Origin: an uncultured cyanobacterium
GTDB taxonomy: Bacteria; Cyanobacteriota; Cyanobacteriia; Cyanobacteriales; Cyanobacteriaceae
Direction: 5' to 3'
Assembly: GCA_963749915.1 (NCBI GenBank)
Contig: CAVVOP010000021.1
Location: 32,001-96,000 of the forward strand
Length of the DNA: 64,000 bases
Translations under genes and position numbers: made by a program
Notes under the pieces: model-generated
Database searches by the model: none
What the model was told of the DNA's origin: nothing
What the model saw: the letters and a program-made list of their open reading frames with translations, nothing else
Shown: one piece after another, positions 52,333 to 62,690 of the stretch
How the letters are laid out: each line of letters starts with the position of its first letter
Position numbering within the stretch: the first letter of the stretch is position 1

Positions 52333-54861
52333 GTGGCAGTGAAAAACAAGAAAATTCAATATCATTCCTTTACAGCTAATGAAGGTAAATCGGCTCTGAG
52401 GTCGGCTTTTTTTGGTCAACAAGACAAAAAACAACCAATTATCCCTAAAATTGATCCCCCTAAACTTAAAAATAACCCTTCATGGCGGGAAATTTTGATT
52501 TTCACACTTTTATCAACTTTTAGTTTAACATTTCCTTCTAAGGCGATCGCATCATCAGATCCCATCATCGCTTCCATCCCCGTTGATGTGGTCTCGGTAA
52601 CAGAAGAAAAATCCTCTGGAGAATCAGAAAATATTACCCACTCTAGTCCCATTGTTGAATCATCAAGGCAAGAAAAAAAAGAGGAATTATCCAAAAATTT
52701 AATTGCCCAAATAGAAACATCGCCATCTCAACCAACCCCAGAATCTCAACCAACCCCAGAATTTCAACCAACCCCAGAATCTCAACCAACCCCAGAATTT
52801 CAACCAACCCCAGAATCTCAACCAACCCCAGAATCTCAAACAACCCCAGAATCTCAAACAACCCCAGAATCTCAAACAACCCCAGAATTTCAACCAACCC
52901 CAGAATTTCAACCAACCCCAGAATTTCAACCAACCCCAGAATCTCAACCAACTCCAGAATCTCAAACAACCCCAGAATCTCAACCAACCCCAGAATCTCA
53001 ACCAACTCCAGAATTTCAACCAACCCCAGAATCTCAAACAACCCCAGAATCTCAAACAACGACAGAAGAACAGAGAGTATTAGTATCTGAAGTATCTGTT
53101 GTAGGGGTAGAGGGAGAATTACAAGATCTAGTATTTAATGCCATTAGAACAAATCCCGGACGTACAACGACTCGATCGAGATTACAAGAAGATATTAACG
53201 CTATCTATGCTACAGGATATTTTAGTAACGTTAAAGTAACCCCTGAAGATACTCAGTATGGAGTAAAAATTACCTATGAAGTACAGCCTAATCCTGTATT
53301 AACAGAAATTCGCATTCAAACCCTTCCGGAAAAACCTGATGGAGAAGGTTCTCTTGTGCCACCGGAAGTCCTTGAAACAGCCTTTACAGATCAATACGGT
53401 AAGATTCTCAATCTTAGAGATTTACAAGAGGGAATTACCGAAATAAATAAATGGTACACCGACAATGGTTATGACTTAGCTCAAGTGGTAGGTGCACCCC
53501 AAATAAGTCCGACCGGTGTAGTCACTTTAATTATTGCACAAGGAGAATTAGAAGATATTAAAGTTAGATTTTTTAATAGTGAAGAAGAAGAAATTAAAAG
53601 CAGGACAAGAGATTTCATTGTCACCAGGGAAATGCAACTTAAACCCGGTGATGTCTTTAATCGGCGTACAGCACAACAAGATTTACAAAGAGTATTTGGT
53701 TTAGGAATTTTTGAAGATGTAAAACTGTCATTTAGTCCGGGACAAGATCCTTCGGGAGTTGTCATGAATGTTGATATTGTTCCTACCAATACAGGATCTT
53801 TAGCGGCAGGGGCGGGTATTAGTTCCACCAGTGGTTTATTCGGTACCGTTAGTTATCAAGAAAAAAATTTGGGAGGTAATAATCAAACCGTTGGGGTAGA
53901 ATTTCAGTTAGGGGAAAGAGAATTATTGTTTGACCTCAGTTTTCAAGATCCTTGGATTGGGGGAGATCCTTATCGTACTTCCTATGGTGCTAACCTTTTT
54001 CGCAGGAGATCTATTTCTTTAGTTTATGATGGTACTGATACCGAAAGTATTCGTACCGAAAGAAATAACGATAGTCCCAGGGTAGTGCGTACAGGGGCAG
54101 GTTTATCTTTTTCTCGTCCTTTAGCCAAAGATCCTTTTTCTCCTGCTGATTGGGTGATTAGTGGAGGTTTAGTATATCAGCACATAGAAATACAAGATGC
54201 TGACGGAAATCTCTCACCTCGTTCAGGACAAGCCTTTGGCAGTCAAAAATTAGCCTATAACAACAGTGGTATTGATGATTTAATTACCCTTAGATTAAAT
54301 GTTTCTCAAGACACCCGCGATAACAGTTTAATCCCCACCACTGGCAGTTTATTATTGTTAGGGATGGAGCAAACTTTACCCTTTACTTCCATTTTATATA
54401 ACCGTCTTCGTGCCAATTATAGTTATTATTTACCCTTAAAACTACTCAATTTTGATTTTATGAAAGGTCCTCAAACTTTGGCTTTCAATTTTCAAGGGGG
54501 GACAGTTTTAGGGGATTTACCGCCCTATGAAGCCTTTGTTATTGGTGGTAGTAACTCTGTTCGCGGTTATGGAGAAGGAGATTTAGGTAACGGGCGATCG
54601 TTTTTTCAAGCTACGGCAGAATATCGTTTCCCCATAGTCTCCTTTTTGGGTGGTGCACTCTTTTTTGACTATGGTACTACTCTTGGTTCAGGAGGTGCGG
54701 TTATCGGTAAACCTGCGGAGGTAAGAGGCTTAAAGGGCGATGGTTTTGGTTACGGATTAGGGGTTCGAGTTCAATCCCCTGTAGGTCCTATTCGTATAGA
54801 TTACGCCATTAATAATGAGGGTGATAGTCGTATTCATTTTGGCATCGGCCAGAAGTTTTAA
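52333..54861 (+). CDS. bamA: Omp85/BamA outer membrane assembly factor
   Basis: POTRA-like region, GGSNSVRGY, SPVGPIRIDYA and C-terminal HFGIGQKF; start codon uncertain. Confidence 0.9.
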   Translation: MAVKNKKIQYHSFTANEGKSALRSAFFGQQDKKQPIIPKIDPPKLKNNPSWREILIFTLLSTFSLTFPSKAIASSDPIIASIPVDVVSVTEEKSSGESENITHSSPIVESSRQEKKEELSKNLIAQIETSPSQPTPESQPTPEFQPTPESQPTPEFQPTPESQPTPESQTTPESQTTPESQTTPEFQPTPEFQPTPEFQPTPESQPTPESQTTPESQPTPESQPTPEFQPTPESQTTPESQTTTEEQRVLVSEVSVVGVEGELQDLVFNAIRTNPGRTTTRSRLQEDINAIYATGYFSNVKVTPEDTQYGVKITYEVQPNPVLTEIRIQTLPEKPDGEGSLVPPEVLETAFTDQYGKILNLRDLQEGITEINKWYTDNGYDLAQVVGAPQISPTGVVTLIIAQGELEDIKVRFFNSEEEEIKSRTRDFIVTREMQLKPGDVFNRRTAQQDLQRVFGLGIFEDVKLSFSPGQDPSGVVMNVDIVPTNTGSLAAGAGISSTSGLFGTVSYQEKNLGGNNQTVGVEFQLGERELLFDLSFQDPWIGGDPYRTSYGANLFRRRSISLVYDGTDTESIRTERNNDSPRVVRTGAGLSFSRPLAKDPFSPADWVISGGLVYQHIEIQDADGNLSPRSGQAFGSQKLAYNNSGIDDLITLRLNVSQDTRDNSLIPTTGSLLLLGMEQTLPFTSILYNRLRANYSYYLPLKLLNFDFMKGPQTLAFNFQGGTVLGDLPPYEAFVIGGSNSVRGYGEGDLGNGRSFFQATAEYRFPIVSFLGGALFFDYGTTLGSGGAVIGKPAEVRGLKGDGFGYGLGVRVQSPVGPIRIDYAINNEGDSRIHFGIGQKF
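52726..53067 (+). repeat. 18-bp coding tandem repeat, 18 full units plus 1 degenerate, encoding (S/F)Q(P/T)TPE
   Basis: Consensus TCTCAACCAACCCCAGAA, contiguous with no spacers. Confidence 0.95.
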
Positions 54862-54906
54862 GCATAACAGTCGATAACTGATAATTATGTTAACCATCGC
54901 ACTACT

Positions 54907-54977
54907 AATGAGAATAATTTGCAATAATTTTCGAGATGAGATATATTATTAAATAAGTATTTGATAAAGATTATCAA
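54907..54977 (+). promoter_or_regulatory. Putative Fur boxes
   Basis: AATGAGAATAATTTGCAAT (54907-54925) and perfect palindrome TTGATAA-AGA-TTATCAA (54961-54977), upstream of the IsiC-like gene. Confidence 0.6.
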
Positions 54978-55054
54978 TAAGAATCGGTTACCGTGTATTC
55001 AGCAAGATCAAAGTAAATATCTTGCTGATACTTTTTTTAATTAGTTAGCAACAA

Positions 55055-55825
55055 TTGAGAAATATGTTTAAAAATACTGATGTACTATGGTTAAGCACCA
55101 ACCCTTATTTACTCCGTTTTAATTTACCTATCATTAAATATTTATCTAGTCACGTCAAAATTGGTCAATGGGAGTATCAGATCAACGAAGATGAAGGGAC
55201 ATCCACGGATCAAGCGATAGAGTTATTAGACGATTATTTAAGTTTAATCGAAAAACCAGTGCATTTAGTTGGTCATAGTACCTGCGGATTATTAGGTTTC
55301 TATTATGCTCAAAAATATCCAGAAAAAGTTAAATCGTTGACAATTTTAGGCGTAGGTGGTAATGCTGGTTGGGATTGGGTTAGCTATTACTATATTATGC
55401 GATCAAATCTTAAATGCAGTAAAGAAGTAATTTTAGCAAGATTAGCGAAAAATTTATTTGGTTATCATAACCAGTATTATCAAAAAGCCTTTATTAAACT
55501 ATTAGAAAAAGCCTTATTATATTCTCTATCCCCTCATTCCCTTTATCAAAGATTTAATTTGTCTATAACCCCAATTGCTTCACCGTTAATGGTTTGCGGT
55601 AGTCAAAATGATCAAATAGTTTCTTGGGATGAGATCAAAAAATGGGAACCTTATTTAAAGCCTGAAGATTATTTATGGCAGTGTCCAGAAGGCGATCATT
55701 TTTTCCATTATTTTCAACCTAAATTATTATCAGAAAAAATAGTTGAATTTTGGGGTTTATTATCTAAAGACGAAGCTAAGATAAAAAGTATGCAAGATCT
55801 CAGTAATATGCGGAATGTGGGTTAA
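55055..55825 (+). CDS. Alpha/beta hydrolase, IsiC-like iron-starvation family
   Basis: DVLWLSTNP, WEYQ..DE, PVHLVGHSTCGLLG and HFFHYF; resembles IsiC as recalled. Confidence 0.7.
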   Translation: MRNMFKNTDVLWLSTNPYLLRFNLPIIKYLSSHVKIGQWEYQINEDEGTSTDQAIELLDDYLSLIEKPVHLVGHSTCGLLGFYYAQKYPEKVKSLTILGVGGNAGWDWVSYYYIMRSNLKCSKEVILARLAKNLFGYHNQYYQKAFIKLLEKALLYSLSPHSLYQRFNLSITPIASPLMVCGSQNDQIVSWDEIKKWEPYLKPEDYLWQCPEGDHFFHYFQPKLLSEKIVEFWGLLSKDEAKIKSMQDLSNMRNVG

Positions 55826-55908
55826 GCATAACAGTCGATGATTGACAGTTAATAGTTGTTTAGCTTTTTAATAATATGTTTGTAAACAAATCTGCTTTTG
55901 CATCCCAC

Positions 55909-56625
55909 TTACATTTCTGGTTGTAAGCCGAACCAATACCCCTTACCGTAAATAGTGTGAATTAAAATAGGTTCATTTTCTTTCTCAATTTTACGCCGTA
56001 GTAACCGTACCATAGCTGCTACAACGTTACTACTAGGGGCTTCTTCTTCTGACCAAAGATATTCAAAAATCTCTTCTTGAGTTACTAATTGACGAATATT
56101 GCGACTGAAAAACTCCAATAATTTAACTTCTTTTTCTGATAATTTAATCAATCTGCCGTTACGATAAGCTAATTGATTCTCGATTTCGATTTCTAGGTCT
56201 GCAACCTGTAATTTACCGCTATTTACCTGATTTTGTGGTTCTATATTCCCCGATCGCCTTAGTAATGCCCGAACTCTGGCTAATAATTCCCTCAACTCAA
56301 AGGGTTTGATTAAATAATCGTCAGCACCAGCATCTAAGCCAATTACTCGATCATCCAGGGTATCTTTTGCTGTTAAAAATAATACAGGGGTTGTCGCTAT
56401 AGATTGATCAAAATGTGATCGTAAAAATTGACAAATTTCTAAGCCAGTTTTATTCGGTAACATCCAATCAAGAATCAGTAAATGATAATTTTCTCTCAAT
56501 GCTAAGGTTAAACCCTCTTCGCCATCATGGCATAATTGCACCTCATAACCTTCCTGAGTCAAAATCCTTGCCAAACTTTCCCCCAACTCTTTCTCGTCTT
56601 CCACCAATAAAATCTTCATTGACAT
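55909..56625 (-). CDS. OmpR-family response regulator, RppA/NrsR-like
   Basis: LLVEDE, LDWMLP, FLTAKD, KPF and SSNVVAAMVRLLRRKIE motifs. Confidence 0.85.
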   Translation of the reverse strand: MSMKILLVEDEKELGESLARILTQEGYEVQLCHDGEEGLTLALRENYHLLILDWMLPNKTGLEICQFLRSHFDQSIATTPVLFLTAKDTLDDRVIGLDAGADDYLIKPFELRELLARVRALLRRSGNIEPQNQVNSGKLQVADLEIEIENQLAYRNGRLIKLSEKEVKLLEFFSRNIRQLVTQEEIFEYLWSEEEAPSSNVVAAMVRLLRRKIEKENEPILIHTIYGKGYWFGLQPEM

Positions 56626-56676
56626 GATCTACTCTTAACTGATAATTAATAAAGAACTGTAAAAATACTGATAATT

Positions 56677-57306
56677 ATGTTAACCATCGCACTACCTAAA
56701 GGCGCACTTTTAAAGGAAAGCATCGAACTTTGTCAACAAATAGGCCTTGATTTTAGTTTATTTCTTTCTTCAAATAATCGTCAACTACAAATAGAAGATC
56801 CTCAAGGATTAGCCAAAGCCTTACTGGTTAGGGCACAAGATGTACCCGTATATGTAGAATATGGTCAAGCTCATTTAGGTTTTGTTGGTTATGATGTGTT
56901 AAGGGAAAAACAAGCCAGTGTTGCCAATATCGCCAATTTAGGTTTTGGTTATTGCCGAATGTCCGTAGCTGTGCCCGAAAACAGTTCTTATCGTAGTTCT
57001 GTTGATCTACCTGCCCATGGTATTGTTGCCTCTAAATTTGTAAACTGTGCTAAAGAATATTTTCGATCCCTGGATTTGCCCGTAGAAATTGTACCCCTTT
57101 ATGGTTCGGTGGAATTGGGTCCGATTACGGGAATGTCAGAGGCGATCGTAGATTTAGTTTCAACGGGAAAAACCTTAAGAGAAAACGGCTTAATCGAAAT
57201 CGACGTTTTATTTGAAAGTAGTGCCTATTTAGTAGCGAATCCCCTTACTTATCGCCTCAACACCCATAACCTTAACCACTGGGTAAAAAAAATAATTAGC
57301 AATTAA
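56677..57306 (+). CDS. hisG: ATP phosphoribosyltransferase (short form)
   Basis: [26 protein letters not shown] and [16 protein letters not shown] motifs. Confidence 0.96.
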   Translation: MLTIALPKGALLKESIELCQQIGLDFSLFLSSNNRQLQIEDPQGLAKALLVRAQDVPVYVEYGQAHLGFVGYDVLREKQASVANIANLGFGYCRMSVAVPENSSYRSSVDLPAHGIVASKFVNCAKEYFRSLDLPVEIVPLYGSVELGPITGMSEAIVDLVSTGKTLRENGLIEIDVLFESSAYLVANPLTYRLNTHNLNHWVKKIISN

Positions 57307-57687
57307 TCTTAGAGTGGGTATTGCCTACATTCTCGTTATAAGTACGTAGGAAGGGAAAGACCACAACCAAAATAAACACCAATTATTCTATATAACCTGA
57401 GTTTTGGTTAACTTGAAGATCGAGTGTAATCTTCTTGTTAACATTAAACAGCCCCCAAGAGAGGGGGCCGGAAGTTAATAAGTAATAAGTAATGTGTTCA
57501 TTATAACAAAAAAAACCCCACAGGACTTTCTGATTGGAGAATAATTTATGCAAGATATTCTTTACTTTTCAACTCAACTTTTACCAATGAATGAAGACTG
57601 GTTTCCTGAAAGGTAATACTAATAATTTATGGGATGATTTGTAGAGGTTAAATCTTAAATCTCCCAAATACCTCTACTTAGGGTCAA

Positions 57688-57876
57688 TTATTTTTTCTTT
57701 TTAGGATCAACTACTTCTAACTCAGATAATCTAAAAGTAATCAGTTTATCCCAGTTGCCACCTTCAAATAAAACCGCCGCTTTACCATCAGTGACTCTTT
57801 GCACTAAACCTTCAAAACGATAGTAAATATCATTCGCATTATTAACCGTAACTATGGTGCCGGGTAAAATTATCAT
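57688..57876 (-). CDS. ndhS: NDH-1 subunit NdhS
   Basis: [36 protein letters not shown]. Confidence 0.92.
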   Translation of the reverse strand: MIILPGTIVTVNNANDIYYRFEGLVQRVTDGKAAVLFEGGNWDKLITFRLSELEVVDPKKKK

Positions 57877-58006
57877 AATTATTTATGGGATTAACGTCAT
57901 CAAGTTTTGTTCTTCCACCAATTTTAATCCATAGAAGTCTCATGAGAAAGAAATTGATACTTTATAATTGATCATGCTGTGACAAATATTTTTAACTTAC
58001 CATTTA

Positions 58007-58525
58007 ATGGATATCAATACCTTTTTAGATAAATTTGCCGGTGACTGGTTTTCTCAACGCACCACTTATAATATTTCCGAGGATGAAGTTGACAACAGCA
58101 AAGCCAATTTAACTATTCATCTTTTATCTCCTATGGAGTCACAAGTCACCCAATTGTGCCATCAGTATAACCTGAATTTAGATTTAAGTCTAGGAATAAT
58201 CACTTCTAGTTGGGATAATTCTCCTGATTGGGGTAAGGCAAAACAAGTCGGAAGTAGTTTAATGCTCATTTTGAGAGACGACAATGACAACAATACGGGG
58301 AAAATTCTACGAGTTTTAAATGATAATAAAGGGTTAATCGGTAAATATGTTTTAGCGGAAGATGAATCTTTAACTCTAGTTATTGAAGAAAGTAATCAGT
58401 ATATTGAAGAAAGAATTTGGTTTGCTAGTGATAATTTACGCTTACGCAACACCATTGTTAAAAAGGAGGGAAAAGTTAATCAAACCTGTTTTTATTCTGA
58501 AATCCGCAAAGTAGTCAACAATTGA
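58007..58525 (+). CDS. cpcU: CpcS/CpeS-family phycobiliprotein lyase, CpcU-like
   Basis: AGDWFSQRT, EERIWFASDNLRLR and FYSEIRK motifs. Confidence 0.72.
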   Translation: MDINTFLDKFAGDWFSQRTTYNISEDEVDNSKANLTIHLLSPMESQVTQLCHQYNLNLDLSLGIITSSWDNSPDWGKAKQVGSSLMLILRDDNDNNTGKILRVLNDNKGLIGKYVLAEDESLTLVIEESNQYIEERIWFASDNLRLRNTIVKKEGKVNQTCFYSEIRKVVNN

Positions 58526-58570
58526 TAATGAATAATTAACAATGTCAAAGTAAATTACCTTAACTAAGTA

Positions 58571-60142
58571 ATGTGTAATCAAATTTTAAATATAAACCCT
58601 TTAAATATAATGCTTAAAAAATTTTTTCCTTGGTGTTTTATAATTCTTTTAACTTGGAATATTTTTCCCGGTTTAGCATCTGCAAAAACTTCCCTAGTAA
58701 ATCCATCGACATCAATTCAACCTTATTTAGAGCAAGTTAAAGCTAATATTACAGAATTTACTTTAGATAATAATATCAAATTTATTGTCTTAGAAAATAA
58801 AAATGCACCTATTATTTCCTTTGTTACTTATGTTGATGTGGGGGGAGCAAATGAGCCCGATGGTAAAACAGGAGTTGCCCATTTTTTAGAACACTTAGCC
58901 TTTAAAGGCACTTCAGAAATTGGTACTAATAACTATCAGAAAGAAAAGATTATTTTAGATCAATTAGATAAACTTTTTCAAGAAATAAAACAGGTAAAAA
59001 AAGAAGGTAATCAGGAAAAACTGGCAGAATTAGAAACTCAATTTCAAAAATTAAATGCACAAGCTAGTAAATTTGTCAACCAAAATGAATTTGGGCAAAT
59101 TATTGAATTAGAGGGAGGAGTTGGCTTAAATGCGGCGACTTCTGCCGATGCGACAGTTTATTTCTATAACTTCCCTGCCAATAAATTAGAATTATGGATG
59201 TATTTAGAATCTGATCGTTTTTTAAATCCTGTGTTTAGGGAATTTTACACAGAAAAACAGGTAATTTTAGAGGAAAGAAAACTGCGCACGGAAAACTCTC
59301 CTATCGGTAAAATGGTAGAAGCCTTTTTAGATACTGCCTTCACTCAACATCCCTATAAACGTCCTGTAATTGGATATGAGACAGATATAATTAATCTTAC
59401 CCGTAACGATGTGCAAAATTTCTTTGACAGTTATTACGGCGGCAGTAATATTACCATTGCCATTGTCGGTGACGTTAATCCCCAAGAGGTTAAAACGATG
59501 GCACAAAAATATTTTGGGCGTTTTCCTACTACTATGAAACCTGCTAATTTAACAATAAACGAACCCAAACAAACTCAAACCAAAGAAGTTACGGTGGAAT
59601 ATCCTTCTCAACCTGTTTACTTTGAGGGTTATCATATACCTGACTCGAATCATCCCGATTTTGTGGTTTACGACATGATTGGCTCAATTTTAAGTGATGG
59701 GCGCACTTCCCGACTCTATAAATCTCTGGTGGAAGAAAAACAAATTGCTTTAATGGCAGAGGGTTTTACTGGTTATCCGGGGGATAAATATCCCAATTTA
59801 ATGCTATTTTACGCCATGTCTGCTCCTAAGCGTGACCTTGATGAGTTAGAAATCTCTTTACATTCAGAAATTGAGAAATTAAAAACTCAAGCTGTCACCC
59901 AAGATGAATTAGAAAGAGTGAAAACTCAAGCAAAAGCAGGTTTATTAAGAGGGGTTAATTCTAATGCGGGAATGGCGAAATTATTGGCAGAATATCAAGC
60001 AAAAACTGGAGATTGGCGTAGTTTATTTACCCGTTTAGATGCTATTTCCGCCGTTACCGCTGAAGATATTCAACGGGTAGCGAAGGAAACTTTTACCCCT
60101 GAAAATAAAACTATCGGCAAAATAAAAACAATTAACAATTAA
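58571..60142 (+). CDS. M16 (insulinase) family peptidase
   Basis: TGVAHFLEHLAFKG (HxxEH), LNAATS and HPYKRPVIG motifs. Confidence 0.92.
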   Translation: MCNQILNINPLNIMLKKFFPWCFIILLTWNIFPGLASAKTSLVNPSTSIQPYLEQVKANITEFTLDNNIKFIVLENKNAPIISFVTYVDVGGANEPDGKTGVAHFLEHLAFKGTSEIGTNNYQKEKIILDQLDKLFQEIKQVKKEGNQEKLAELETQFQKLNAQASKFVNQNEFGQIIELEGGVGLNAATSADATVYFYNFPANKLELWMYLESDRFLNPVFREFYTEKQVILEERKLRTENSPIGKMVEAFLDTAFTQHPYKRPVIGYETDIINLTRNDVQNFFDSYYGGSNITIAIVGDVNPQEVKTMAQKYFGRFPTTMKPANLTINEPKQTQTKEVTVEYPSQPVYFEGYHIPDSNHPDFVVYDMIGSILSDGRTSRLYKSLVEEKQIALMAEGFTGYPGDKYPNLMLFYAMSAPKRDLDELEISLHSEIEKLKTQAVTQDELERVKTQAKAGLLRGVNSNAGMAKLLAEYQAKTGDWRSLFTRLDAISAVTAEDIQRVAKETFTPENKTIGKIKTINN

Positions 60143-60234
60143 TGGGTATTTAAACTATTACCTATTGTCAAAGATAATTTTAAACAAAAATGATAAAATA
60201 ATAGTTATTATTTTCTATTAATACTTTTTGAAAA

Positions 60235-60738
60235 ATGGGACAACCCCTAATGACTTCTCACAATAAAAATAAAGTTTTCTTCTCCATGTTAATTTTATTT
60301 TTGTTTGTAATCATAACGACTTTAAAAGTTCAAGTTCAAGCCCAACATAATCAAAATCATGAGCAAAATAATCACCAAGAAAAAATGGAGGATAATCACA
60401 ACCATAAAACCTTAGATATTTCTGCTAACGCGGCAATTCCTACTATTAAAATTGGGGTTTCTCCAGATAAGATGAAAGGGTGGAATTTAAAGATAAAAAC
60501 TACTAATTTTGCCTTTAATCCTGAAAATGTTAATAAAGATAGTAATCCCAATGAAGGACACGCCCATCTTTATGTTAACGGGAAAAAAGTTACAAGAATT
60601 TATGGTGACTGGTATTATATCCCTGATTTACCAAAAGGCGAAAATGAGATCAAAGTTACCCTAAATACTAATCTTCATGAGGAATTAATTAATAATGCTA
60701 GTGTCATTGGCGATGCGGTCATTCTCAGTAATAAGTAA
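60235..60738 (+). CDS. Secreted His-rich hypothetical protein, possibly metal-binding
   Basis: Signal peptide, His/Asn-rich segment, EGHAHLYVNG..RIYG and LNTNLH. Confidence 0.6.
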   Translation: MGQPLMTSHNKNKVFFSMLILFLFVIITTLKVQVQAQHNQNHEQNNHQEKMEDNHNHKTLDISANAAIPTIKIGVSPDKMKGWNLKIKTTNFAFNPENVNKDSNPNEGHAHLYVNGKKVTRIYGDWYYIPDLPKGENEIKVTLNTNLHEELINNASVIGDAVILSNK

Positions 60739-60742
60739 TAAA

Positions 60743-61780
60743 ATGAGACGAGCAATAATTTGCGGTTATTATGGTCAAGGAAATGCAGGAGATGAGGCTT
60801 TATTAGTATGCATTTTAGAAAGACTACCTAATAATTTTCTACCCATCGTTTTATCAGGAAATCCTAGTAAAACCAGTGAAGATTATAAAGTTATAAGCTA
60901 TTCTCGTCTAGGAATTATTAAGCAAATTTTAAAATTAGGAAAAAAAGACTTATTGATCTGGGGAGGGGGAAGTTTAATCCAAGATGCCACCAGTATAAAA
61001 AGCCCTCTTTTTTACCTAGGTTTGACAATTTTAGCAAACTTAAAAGGTTTAAAAACTATCGCTTATGCCCAAGGAATTGGTCCTATAAAAACTCCTTTTA
61101 TTCAATGGTTGACTAGACAAGTACTAAAAAAATGTCATGGTGTTAGTGTGAGAGATAAAGAATCAGCTAAACTATTAACAACATGGGGTGTAAAATATCT
61201 AATAGCCGCTGACCCGGTATGGGCATTATCCAGCAAAATAAAGGAGGATTTACAATTATTACCAAGTCCTAGAATTGCGGTTAATTTGCGATCCCATAGT
61301 AGTTTGACAGAGAAAAGAATAGGGGTAATAAGTCAAGGTTTAATCAACTTAAAAGAAGAAACAAAAGCGAATATCATATTAGTGCCTTTTCAAAAATCAA
61401 AAGATTTGAGTATCTGTGAAAAAGTGGCGGAAAAGTTGGGTGGCAATTGTCAAATTATTATGATAGAAAATCCCCAAGAATTAAAGGGGTTATTTAAAAA
61501 AGTTGAGATGATAATTGGAATGCGTTTACATAGCCTAATTATGGCAAAAAGTGAAAAGTGTAAGTGTTTTGCATTATCTTATGATCCTAAAGTTACTAAT
61601 TTAATGACAGAAATCGCCATAGAAGGTTATGAATTAGAGAATTTGCCCAATAAGGTAAATCTAATCACGGAAAAATGGTTAAAAATTTATGAAAATGTCG
61701 CAAATTTACCCGATAATAAAACAGAATCATTAGCTGAAAGTGCTTCACAACATCAACAACTATTTGATTCACTTACTTAG
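60743..61780 (+). CDS. csaB: Polysaccharide pyruvyl transferase CsaB
   Basis: GYYGQGNAGDEA, GGGSLIQDATS, AQGIGP, SVRD, GMRLH and SYDPKV motifs. Confidence 0.9.
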   Translation: MRRAIICGYYGQGNAGDEALLVCILERLPNNFLPIVLSGNPSKTSEDYKVISYSRLGIIKQILKLGKKDLLIWGGGSLIQDATSIKSPLFYLGLTILANLKGLKTIAYAQGIGPIKTPFIQWLTRQVLKKCHGVSVRDKESAKLLTTWGVKYLIAADPVWALSSKIKEDLQLLPSPRIAVNLRSHSSLTEKRIGVISQGLINLKEETKANIILVPFQKSKDLSICEKVAEKLGGNCQIIMIENPQELKGLFKKVEMIIGMRLHSLIMAKSEKCKCFALSYDPKVTNLMTEIAIEGYELENLPNKVNLITEKWLKIYENVANLPDNKTESLAESASQHQQLFDSLT

Positions 61781-61819
61781 CTTCTATAAATATATGGGTG
61801 TCTATTAACTAATAATGAT

Positions 61820-62527
61820 ATGAAAACTTTTTCTGTGCTTAATTTACCAGTTCATTTGAGCGATAATTATGAAGATTTACTAATCAATCGCGTTGAGAAA
61901 GAAGAATCTACCCACGTTATCACCATGAATTCAGAAATGGCAATGATGGCACAAAAAAACCTCGAGTTGGCTAACGTTATCAAAAAAGCTGATTTAGTCG
62001 TACCGGATGGTTCTGGTATTATATTTTATTTATGGCGTAGAGGGCAAAAACAACAACGAATCGCAGGGATAGAATTAGCGACTTCTTTGGTGGAAAAGTT
62101 AGGTAAGAGAGGGAAAGACTATCCTCTCTGTTTCTATGGTGGTGCACCCGGGGTTACGGAAAAAGCGGCTAAAGCATGGCGGGAAAGGGTGCCGGGTATC
62201 AATATCACCTATAATCACGGTTATATCTCCGACTCAGAATTAACGGCTTGGTGTGAGACTGTTCAACAAATACAACCGAAATTGATCTTAGTAGGTTTAG
62301 GTGTTCCAAGGCAAGAGTTATGGATTGCCAATTATCGTCACTTAGCACCGAGTGCAGTGTGGATTGGTGTCGGCGGTAGTTTTGACATTTGGGGAGGGGT
62401 GAAAGAAAGAGCTCCAGAATTTTTCTGTAATAATAATTTAGAATGGCTATATAGATTATATCAAGAACCTTATCGCTGGAAAAGAATGTTAGCCTTACCA
62501 CGGTTTTTTCTCAGGGCAATTTTTTAA
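61820..62527 (+). CDS. WecB/TagA/CpsF family glycosyltransferase
   Basis: PDGSG, GLGVPRQELWI, GVGGSFD and LEWLYRL motifs. Confidence 0.92.
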   Translation: MKTFSVLNLPVHLSDNYEDLLINRVEKEESTHVITMNSEMAMMAQKNLELANVIKKADLVVPDGSGIIFYLWRRGQKQQRIAGIELATSLVEKLGKRGKDYPLCFYGGAPGVTEKAAKAWRERVPGINITYNHGYISDSELTAWCETVQQIQPKLILVGLGVPRQELWIANYRHLAPSAVWIGVGGSFDIWGGVKERAPEFFCNNNLEWLYRLYQEPYRWKRMLALPRFFLRAIF

Positions 62528-62690
62528 CTGCCTTCTGCCTCCTGCCTCCTGCCTTTCAACTCCTGCCTTCTTTAAAGTAATGAACAATTAATGTAACTGC
62601 CGAGGTCATCAAATTTTAAGAAAAGACAACAACCTCGCATTTGAGAGCTTGGATCATAATAATAATAATTAAGCAATCAATCACAAATTC

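Larger units (their letters stand above)
54877..56695. repeat. 29-bp direct repeat containing the hisG start, bracketing the isiC-like and rppA-like genes
   Basis: ACTGATAATTATGTTAACCATCGCACTAC at 54877-54905 and 56667-56695; also TTAAGCATAACAGTCGAT at 54858-54875 and 55822-55839. Confidence 0.9.

Noticed and set aside
52643..53059. Periodic repeat as a CRISPR array; antisense ORFs (LVEILG)n and (WLRFWG)n
   Set aside because: The units are contiguous with no unique spacers and no cas genes nearby; the antisense ORFs are shadows of the bamA repeat
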